This document shows positions 54,780 to 64,000 of a stretch of DNA of 64,000 nucleotides, in pieces. Position 1 is the first letter of the stretch, and every line of letters starts with the position of its first letter. Both the position numbers and the translations under genes were made by a program. The notes beneath the pieces are model-generated. The model had not been told where the DNA came from, did not search any database, and saw only the letters and a program-made list of their open reading frames with translations. The stretch comes from Eledone cirrhosa (Eukaryota): the NCBI GenBank assembly GCA_964016885.1, contig OZ024744.1, positions 126,790,001 to 126,854,000 on the forward strand, written 5' to 3'.

Positions 54780-57636
54780 TCATGGCTTGGCTTCGAGAAC
54801 AAAGATTAAGAAGGAGTTGTTGTAAGTTGATTGAAGGCCTGCTTGTGGCTGGTCAGTCCTATGTAGGACAGGCATGGCACAGCCACAGATGAAGGTCTGG
54901 AGAAGGGTTTGATAACTTAGTGTTGTGGTTCTTCCTCCTAGGTCTCTTGTCCTCGAGGGTGGCCCTGTGGGTGTTTTTCAAGGAGCAGACAGCATGGTTG
55001 TTGGTGAGACACCAGGCGTCCCATGTCTCAGCTAGGGTGGACCACCAGTGATGGACGATGTGTTGGCCCCCTTTCACAATGATCAGTGGAGAGTTCACCA
55101 TAGAGCATGATCCTGGGCAGATCCTTCATCCAGGAGATGTACCCTGCCCAGCTTGGTGTTGCACTCAAGGAGACGAAGGTGGTGATGTTAAGTGACCCAC
55201 AACTCTAAGCCATATAGGAAGATGGGAAGGACTATGGTTCTGTACACTCTGATCGTGGTACCCTTCTTCAGGTGTTTATTATTCTACACAGGTTTGTACA
55301 GTCTGCCAAATGCACTGCTCACCTTTGCCAGTCTGTTACCTGTCGATCTTGAGATGTGACGTGAAGGTGCACCCCAGGTTGGTGAACAGATAGACCATTT
55401 TTCAGTTGTCTCACCAATTGGTATATGGAGGGAGGTACTCTTCCTGAAGTGTAGGCTGGTGGAGTACATCTATCTTCTTTAAGCTGACATCCCAAAGAGT
55501 TGGGCAGCTTCTATGAAGAAGGAAGTAATGTGTTGCAAAACTCTTTTTGTGAGGCCAACAAGAGCAGCATCGTCTGCAAAGAAAAGGTCTCAGATCTGTT
55601 GCTCCAGGGACTTTCATGTGGGCCTGTAGTTGAGGAAGATTAAACAGGCTGCAGGCAAGATGGTATCAACATCTTCTGTGACCTGCTTGAACATCATGCT
55701 AAAGAGAGTCGGTGCTAGGACACAACCCTTCTACACACAGTTGATGTTTGGGAAGGGTTCTGAGAAGTCACTGTAGAGTCTGACCTGACCACACTGGCCT
55801 TCCTGTAGCTGGATGACGATGTTCAGGAACTTCAGGGAACAAATGAGTCATTCCATGATCTGCTCACTATATTGAATGCTATAGTAAAATCAATAAACAC
55901 CACATACAGCCCTTTATTTTGCTCTCAGCACTTCTCTTGAAGCTGCCTGAGAATGAACACCTTGTCTATGGTGTTGTTGTTGACTTTGTAGCTACACTGA
56001 CTCTCTGGGAGGTGTTATTGTGATGTCTATGGTGTTGTTGTTGACTTTGTAGCTACACTGACTCTCTGGGAGGTGTTATTGTTGACTCTGTAGCTAGACT
56101 GACTCTCTGGGAGGTGTTATTGTGATGTCTATGGTGTTGTTGTTGACTCTGTAGCTACACTGACTCTCTGGGAGGTGTTATTGTGATGTCTATGGTGTTG
56201 TTGTTGACTCTGTAGCTAGACTGACTCTCTGGGAGGTGTTATTGTGATGTCTATGGTGTTGTTGTTGACTCTGTAGCTACACTGACTCTCTGGGAGGTGT
56301 TATTGTGATGTCTACGGTGTTGTTGTTGACTTTGAAGCTACACTGACTCTCTGGGAGGTGTTATTGTGATGTCTGTGGTGTTGTTGTTGACTTTGTAGCT
56401 ACACTGACTCTCTGGGAGGTGTTATTGTGATGTCTATGGTGTTGTTGTTGACTTTGTAGCTACACTGACTCTCTGGGAGGTGTTATTGTGATGTCTGTTG
56501 TGTTATTGTTGACTTTGTAGCTATACTGACTCTCCGGGAGGTGTTATTGTGATGTCTATGGTGTTGTTGTTGACTTTGTAGCTACACTGACTCTCTGGGA
56601 GGTGTTATTGTGATGTCTATGGTGTTGTTGTTGACTTTGTAGCTACACTGACTCTCTGGGAGGTGTTATTGTGATGTCTGTTGTGTTATTGTTGAATTTG
56701 TAGCTACACTCACTCTCTGGGAGGTGTTATTGTGATGTCTATGGTGTTGTTGTTGACTTTGTAGCTACACTGACTCTCTGGGAGGTGTTATTGTGATGTC
56801 TATGGTGTTGTTGAATTTGTAGCTACACTGACTCTCTGGGAGGTGTTATTGTGATGTCTATGGTGTTGTTGTTGACTTTGTAGCTACACTGACTCTCTGT
56901 GAGGTATTATTGTGATGTCTGTGGTGTTGTTGTTGACTCTGTAGCTACACTGACTCTCTGGGAGGTATTATTGTGATGTCTATGGTGTTGTTGTTGACTT
57001 TGTAGCTACACTGACTCTCTGGGAGGTGTTATTGTGATATCTATGGTGTTGTTGTTGACTTTGTAGCTACACTGACTCTCTGGGAGGTGTTATTGTGATG
57101 TCTATGGTGTTGTTGTTGTCTTTGTAGCTACACTGACTCTCTGGGAGGTGTTATTGTGATGTCTATGGTGTTGTTGTTGACTCTGTAGCTACACTGACTC
57201 TCTGGGAGGTGTTATTGTGATGTCTATGGTGGTGTAGTTGACTTTGTAGCTACACTGACTCTCTGGGAGGTGTTATTGTGATGTCTATGGTGTTGTTGTT
57301 GATTCTGTAGCTACACTAACTCTCTGAGAGGTGTTATTCTGCAATGGTAGGTACCATCTGGTTCAACAGCATCTTAGCAGGGATTTTTCTCATGACAGAG
57401 AACAGAATAACCCCCCAGTAATTTGAGTAGTCTGACTTTGCCCCTTTGTTCTTGTAAAGGGTGATGGTGATTGCACTACAGAGATCTTGTAGAGTTTCAC
57501 ATGTAATGCTGGGCTCCCATGTTTCAACATCTTATGTAGAATTCCTTCAACTCCTGCAGCATTGCCACTCCTTAGCAGCTCTATAGCTTTGGTGGTCTCT
57601 TCAGTGGTGGACAAGTCATCCATGTTTGTGTGTTCA
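54780..57636 (-). mobile_element. Decayed RTE (BovB-like) LINE containing an internal 61-bp array
   Basis: MDDLSTTEETTKAIELLRSGNAAGVEG ... VFILRQLQEKC ... LFADDAAL ... RLAKVSSAFGRLYK; 3' end cttaatctttgttctcgaagccaagcc. Confidence 0.88.
55963..57337 (-). repeat. 61-bp tandem array (~22 copies) of the RTE RT segment HLPESQC.Y....TID
   Basis: Unit gtctatggtgttgttgttgactttgtagctacactgactctctgggaggtgttattgtgat. The reverse strand reads HLPESQCSYKVNNNTID between LVPTIAE and KVFILRQLQEK. Confidence 0.95.
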
Positions 57637-57905
57637 TGGCTTGATTGAAAATCAGTGCTGTGAAAATTGAGACACTCATCCTCTCAAGCAAGCCTGCACC
57701 CTGCACTCTACATGTGAATGGAGTTCCACTGAAGCAAGTGAAGAAGTTCAAGTATTTCAGGGCCATGTCCACGAGTGATTGCTGAAAGAATATGATCACA
57801 AATAATACAAATGGCCGAAATAGAGTCCTTGGAATAATGTTATTAAATAGAGTGCATGCCTCATAGAGTTTCTTAAGTTAGACCCGCTACTTCTCTGAAT
57901 TGAGA
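57635..57905 (+). mobile_element. Short LINE RT fragment
   Basis: LKISAVKIETLILSSKPAPCTLHVNGVPLKQVKKFKYF. Confidence 0.6.
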
Positions 57906-58306
57906 GTAATAGGGTTTTTGTCCAGTATGTGTTCTTTTGTATACAGTTAAATTACTGTTGGAAGCAAAATATTTCCCACATATTTCACAGTGACAGGATT
58001 TTACTTCTGTGTGACTACATAAAGGTCTAAAAAATTTAGTTTTTTCAGTGAAAGATTTCCCACATATTTCACAGTGATGGTGTTTGTCTTTAATATGTAT
58101 GTGTTTGTGTATAGATACATCTTTTGATGAGAAAGTTTTCCTACAAATCTCACAGCTATATTCAGGAATATATTGCTGTGTAATGATCCATGTTCAGTAC
58201 ATGTTTCACTAGGTAAAGGTTTCTCACCACTGTATGACTGTGTAACTGTATCTATATTGGTAGAAACAACTGTGTTAGAAATGTCCAACTGTTTAACGTC
58301 CTCCAT
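57905..58306 (-). pseudogene. Truncated, frameshifted C2H2 zinc-finger pseudogene; paralog of 50392-51636
   Basis: N-terminus MEDVKQLDISNTVVSTNIDTVTQSYSGEKPLPSETCTEHGSL is very similar to the paralog, followed by a frameshift and about three decayed fingers. Confidence 0.85.
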
Positions 58307-58529
58307 AGTAATTCTTGAAGTATATTTAAAAGTTGAGAATTGATATTACAGTGAAGAAAATGTTTGTGTGTATGTGTTCTATTGAAACACTACTGTGTTG
58401 TTCTGGGCCTATCTCAGTTGAATTTCAAATGGTAGATGGGCATGTTCTATATTTACTTTAATATAGATTTAAACAAAGATGGTAGAATGGCAGAATTGGT
58501 AGAGCACCAGATAAAATATTATTGCAGTA

Positions 58530-60657
58530 TATGCACTGTGGCGACAGGAAAGCGGGTGGAGGCCGAAGGAGTTCATGGTGGAACCGCAGCGACATTGGTG
58601 TGGCTGGCAGATCCGGAGGCCGAGCCTCAGGGAAACGCCGAATCGCAGGCTATGGTTGTTTAGTTGCGTGACAGTGGAGAAGGAAGGCAGAGCATGGAGC
58701 CAGGCACCACTGTGGGGTTTGGAGGCCGAACGAAAACAAGCAAGGCGGTGCTGGTCGAGCTGGCGCCTGAGCCTGTCTGAGGCCAGGCTGCACTGAATGG
58801 CATCCCATGTGCATTGGGGAGACTTGACGTCAACAGGAGAAGAAGGAGGAGCGAAGTCTACTGGGCTAAGTCCCAGCCGGTCCCACGTCTCACAGGCGGC
58901 CACACGTTCTCTGAACACAGAGGGTTCTGTTGTGTTTTGAAGAACTCTGCTGACGAGGACGCGGCACGAGGTTAGCGACGAAAGATACGCCGGCAAAGCT
59001 AGTGAGATCGGGGACTGGAGGTGAAGGCCACCATACCTGACCGGTAAAGCGGCCTGTTGCCACCCTATGTCGTCAAACTTGACGGTGCATATCCCCCCGG
59101 TTGCTGCTCGCATACAAGTATCGAGGTCAGCTAGGAGAGATGTCTGGGTGTATCATGGAGTGCTGCGGAGTGTATAGAGGGGCTTCGGCATGGCGAAACA
59201 GTTCCTCAGCAGAAAGAGAGCTGGGTGGCCGTCAATCAAGCCCAGTTGGCTCGTGAGAGTCTGGAACTTTTGAAGCCTGGACCTGATGGTGCAGCGGATG
59301 GCCGGCGGGTGGATCGGTGACCCGAGGATGAAGACATCCTCTTTGGGGGGTCACCTGAATCTGGGGTAGAATGGACCGCATGTCCAAGACGGAGGCTGCA
59401 AAGCTCCCAGCATCGAGGCTGACGTTCACCACCTCCGATTTAGCCGAGTTGACCTGGAGGCCGATTCCCGCCAGGGCAGGAATCACCAATTGAAGGTCTT
59501 GGCAGACCGTCCGTACGGGCCCGCCCAACGTAGCATCATCCAGATACCAAACGTTGAGAGGGGCCGTGATACTCCGGGCGATGTGGTTAACACCAACGGC
59601 GAACAGGAGGGGTCCCAAAGGGTCGCCCTGTTGGACCCCCAGTAGCCGAGAGTATGACCGTATCAGCAGCTAGGAGCATGCTCGGGGCTCCATATGACAG
59701 GTAGGCCAGGAGCTAGGCAGAGGGGGCTCGGCTGAGGCAGGCCTCCAGCAGATGATCCCTGCGTAAAGAGTTGAAGGCATTCCTCATGTCAAGCTTGACA
59801 ATGAGGTGCCTGGAGTCCCTGGATGTCGGTACCGATGGGCAGCTGCTGAAGAACTGCCTGATTGCATGAGTGTCTCCCTCACAGCCACCGGACACGCCGA
59901 CACCCAGTTGCACCGGAATAAACTCCTCACCCAGTTCGAGTGTGACGGACTTGCAGATCACCTTGGCAGCCAGCCTCCGGAAGACATTGCCCACAGCAAT
60001 GGGGCGTATGCCACCCTCTTTCTTCCTGAGAGCGGTGAGTCTGGCTGAAAAAAAAGGCCTCGGGCGTAAGGGTCGAGAGCACCATGAATGAGCCTATTGG
60101 TGAGCGTCACAATTGCATTCAGAACGGCGAAGCCCGGCCTCAGCAGAGAGGGGGGATGTCAACTCCCTGAGGTGGCCTGGTCGGAGACCATCAACACCTC
60201 CGCAGCTGCTAGCTGGGAAGGACCTGACGGCGGGCATGATATCTGCATCAGTAGCCACAAGGAGCACGTGGGGGTCGGGTGGGGGTATAGGTCTGAGAGC
60301 AGTGGGTGGCTCAGGGTGTTTGAGCCGCAGAGCAGCCAGGACCTCCTCGGTGGGTTCGAGGACAGTGTCCTCTGAGGCAACAACTCTGATTGCGGCCGAG
60401 ACATCACCCATGATAAGCTTTGCGTTTCCCTGGTCACGCAAACGCTTGGCCCTGGCCTCGGGGGTGGAGGAGAGGGGGTAGCTGAGGTTGGGGTGTGTGG
60501 CGTCCCTGGGCACGCTTAGAATGGGCGCTCGCCCAAATGACGAGACATTGGCCTTGACGAAGGCTGCTGTTAACCGGTCAGCGCCAGAGCTGGGGAGGCC
60601 GAGGGCGAGTGGGGCGAAATAGAACAACCGCTCCCAGTCACTGGCTCGATTGGATTC
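58530..60657 (-). mobile_element. CRE-clade non-LTR retrotransposon fragment (RT plus zinc knuckle), decayed and truncated at both ends
   Basis: GGVDGLRPGHL, GGIRPIAVGNVFRRLAAK, QLGVGVSGGCE, KLDMRNAFNSL, GVQQGDPLGPLLF, WYLDD, LPVRYGGL, HSGAWLHALP, LRLGL...CRCG...HPLSC; GC-rich. Confidence 0.88.
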
Positions 60658-60887
60658 CTTGTAATGGAACTCTTAGTAGACACAATTGTAAAGTAAGAAT
60701 AGATATGACAGTGTAAGACTGATGTCGGGGAGAGAAAATTGTGTGTATCGTCTTCCTGTCTTCCTCCGGTTGCAACGTTTTTTGAAATATCCAGTTCTGC
60801 GTTTACAGATTGACTTTGTTAGTTTCAGAAGATCCCGTTAAGGGTGAAAGCAGCGATTCTTTGCTTAAACTTTAATCTGTTATTTTA

Positions 60888-60955
<68 letters not shown>

Positions 60956-61324
60956 GTTACACAAGAGATATAATTAGATTAATTAAAGTTATAATGGTTT
61001 CTTATTTAGGCACAAGGCCTGCAATTTGGGGGGGAGGGGAAAGTCGATTAAATCGACCCCAGTGCGTGACTGGTACTTTATTTTATCGACCGCGTAAGGA
61101 TGAAAGGCAAAGTTAACCTCGGCAGGATTTGAACTCAGACCAAATAATGATTCCATTTATTGGCCACAAGGGCCGACTCTCAGACCAAATAATAAAGACA
61201 GTCATGATAACAATAACCTGAAATAAAGGATTACGTCGAGTGCTCTCCCTAATATTACATCAAGGTTGACTATACGGAATGACCAGTTCTATCCAGTGGT
61301 GAGCCAACAAACCTAAATGTATAT

Positions 61325-61401
<77 letters not shown>

Positions 61402-61876
61402 CAAGAGGGAGAATGATATTCTGACGGTCTTCCAGTTTATTCCGAAGTCTGTAAAAAAAATATACTGTTGATTGTATAACTAAACTTTGAAGATTTTAAA
61501 CAAAAAACTAAGTTGTAATGGATAATATCACTGCTATTTCTAGCAGTTAGAGAGACTACGTAGAGGTTTTCTTATTGATGTATAATTGATATTTTACTGA
61601 GTGATACTTTCTGACTTACAATCAATTAAATACGAGTGGAACTGTGTCTGAAGGTATTAAATTATATCAGGGACTTTTAATGTATGACACCGGTACGAGA
61701 GTTGAAACATTCTCAACGACACCGGGTACCTGCTGTCTTCATTATAACTAATTAATCTAATTATATCTTGTGTAACAATTATATATATACACACAATTTT
61801 AATTCCCCGACATCAGTCTTAGACTGTCATATCTATTCTTACTTTACAATTGTGTCTACTAAGAGTTCCATTACAA
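60655..61876. repeat. Inverted duplication of ZNF-gene upstream sequence
   Basis: 60659-60748 mirrors 61786-61876, and 60951-60996 mirrors 61740-61781. 61645-61772 is the reverse-complement homolog of 52070-52205. Confidence 0.8.
60997..61140 (-). mobile_element. 5'-truncated Meta-type SINE
   Basis: ctggtactttattttatcgaccgcgtaaggatgaaaggcaaagttaacctcggcaggatttgaactcag. Confidence 0.85.
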
Positions 61877-62595
61877 TCTGTAGTAGTAAAACTACTATTT
61901 CACCAGAACATCTGCTATCAGTCATTTATAGACAATATATATATTTTAGACCACATATCAATCTAATATATATATATTTCCTATCTAATCTGTAGCTAAA
62001 GACATAAAGTCAGCCTCACTACTTCATTCTGACAAGATATCAATTTATGACTAAAGATGAAGAAGATACACCAACGTTAATGTCGTGAAATAAAGCTGAT
62101 AACATTGAAACTTCTAATTTGATAACAAAGAGATTATTTCTTTGGTTGTTTAGTAACAACTAACAACACAACACATTGATTATATGTGAAGGAGGTAAGT
62201 TGACAAATATTTACTTAATGTCTATATTAATGTGTGTAAATAATATAATTATGTGAACCCTACAACGAACCAGTAATTATATACAAGTGAAAATATATAT
62301 AACAACATTAGAAAAATATATTTCTTCCTCCACTTTTATATATAGAAAAAACACTTCCCAACTGAAATGTTGATGTGATATTTTTCAATCATCAGATTCC
62401 ACTGTTACATGTGATATAAAATATATTGTTATCATGACTGTCTTTATTATTTAAATTACCTCCGTCTATATTTCAACCACTGGAACAACCTCAAACAAGA
62501 AACAGTTGTCACCCTCAGTCAACATTTTAATGTAAGATATCGAAATAAATGTTATAAGTGTATATAGATAGATGTATGTTGTGTGTGTATATATA

Positions 62596-63180
62596 CAGTG
62601 ATCCCCCGCTATATCGCGGTTCACTTTTCGCGGTCCCGTTACATCGCGGATATGTCTTTGGAACGTATCTAATTTCCTATCGCGGTAATCCTCGCCACAT
62701 CGCGGATTATTCGTTAGAACATATCTAGTTTCTTATCGCGGTACGTCTGAATAAAAAGTGTTTCAAATTTAAACTTATTAAATAAGTTTCAATGTTATTA
62801 AAGTGTATATCGTAAGGAAAGGACATCTTAAGGCGTTAATTATAAACAAATGTTTTTATTTTTCATTCCATTACTGTTTTACTGATTGTGTTTTGCTCTA
62901 ATCTACTACAAACCCTTCATAGATTGACGGGAGATGTGCAGTGTATTACCAAGTGGCTACCGTGGCTGGCAATAGTCCTCATTAGTAACTAGTGGTACGA
63001 TGGTTGGTGGTAGTTTCTATACGATCGTTACTGGCTGTTTTTGGTGTTTAAATACAAAAGTGTGTTTTAATGAGTTTATATGTACTTAAAGCATGTATGA
63101 GAGGTATTTTAAGGCTTAAACTATGAAAACAACGGTTGTCTTTATGGTCTCTCTAAATCACGGTTGGTTCTGGAACGTAT
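62596..63180. mobile_element. Non-autonomous Tc1/mariner (pogo/Tigger-like) element with the right end truncated
   Basis: TA followed by CAGTGATCCCCCGCTATATCGCGG with repeated subterminal ATCGCGG; right-end remnant cacggttggttctggaacgta. Confidence 0.6.
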
Positions 63181-63185
63181 CATGT

Positions 63186-63368
63186 CTTAGTGGTTAGAGC
63201 ATTGGGCTTACAATTAAAAGGTGGTGAGTTCGATTCTCGGACCGTGTGATGTGTTGTGTCCTTGAGCAAGACACTTTATTTCACGTTGCTCCAGTTTACT
63301 CAGCTGTAGAAATGAGCTGTAATGTCACTGGTGCCAAGCTGTATCGGCCATAGCCTTTCCCTTGGACA
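63186..63368 (+). mobile_element. CORE-type SINE
   Basis: tagtggttagagc, gagttcgattc, gtgtccttgagcaagacactttatttcacgttgctccag...cagctgtagaaatgag. Confidence 0.88.
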
Positions 63369-64000
63369 TATATATAGTGTATATATACTGTATAATATAT
63401 ATAGTGTATATATACTGTATAATATATATATATATAGTGTATATATACTGTATAATATATACAATGTATATATACTGTATAATATATATAGTGTATATAT
63501 ACTGTATAATATATATAGTGTATATATATGTTGTGACGTCACAGGTGCCAAGCTGTATCGGCCATAACCTTTCTCTTGGACAACATATATAGTGTATATA
63601 TAGATACTGTACACAGTGTATAATATGTATACAGTATATATGCAGTATATATATACAGTATATATGTTGTGATGTTATTAGTGCCAAGCTGTATCAGCCA
63701 TTACCTTTCTCTTGGACATATATATAGTGTATAGATACTGTACACAGTGTATATATTATATGTATGGTTTATATATACTATACATAGTGTATATATAGTA
63801 TATATAGTGTGTATATATTGTACATAGTGTATATATACAGTATATATGCTGTGAAAGCACTGGTGCCAAGCTGTATCAGTCATTACCTTTCCCTTGGACA
63901 ACATCATATATAGTGTATAATATATAGTGTACACTGTATATATAATATATATATAGTGTATATATATGTTGTGATGTCACTAGTACCAAGCTGTATCAGT
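63318..64000 (+). repeat. Tandem array of the SINE 3' tail plus AT-rich spacer (5 units, ~130-215 bp)
   Basis: tgtcactggtgccaagctgtatc(g/a)gcca...ctttc(c/t)cttggaca recurs near 63323, 63537, 63673, 63857 and 63974. Confidence 0.85.

Noticed and set aside
63318-64000. Repeat-spacer pattern resembling CRISPR
   Set aside because: The spacers are related low-complexity AT repeats of unequal length, and the repeat is a SINE tail

Overview
AT-rich, repeat-saturated eukaryotic DNA. The tandem C2H2 zinc-finger genes, RTE/CR1/Penelope retroelements, Meta- and CORE-type SINEs and long (TA)n runs suggest a coleoid cephalopod, probably an octopus (inference). No prokaryotic features or CRISPR. Layout: (1) 1-12.2 kb holds the 3' half of a plus-strand gene the ORF track misses. 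It consists of short 60-66 nt symmetric phase-1 exons, multiplied by tandem duplication, plus a terminal exon. It encodes a low-complexity tail with Tyr motifs. Its introns contain a LINE-derived 96-bp satellite, a HERO-like fragment, a Helitron and hammerhead-ribozyme motifs, one within a ~325-nt retrozyme-like unit. (2) 12.3-18.5 kb is a nest of Penelope-like elements with hammerheads, a ~390-bp inverted repeat and a perfect 104-bp palindrome. (3) 20.4-29.6 kb is a 9-kb G-poor 20-bp minisatellite. (4) 30-38 kb holds CR1 and RTE LINEs. (5) 40-62 kb is a minus-strand C2H2-ZNF cluster (one intact ORF, two pseudogenes). It is interleaved with RTE LINEs (two containing satellites grown from their own coding sequence), other tandem arrays and a CRE-clade retrotransposon. 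All calls were made by eye; no database search was run.
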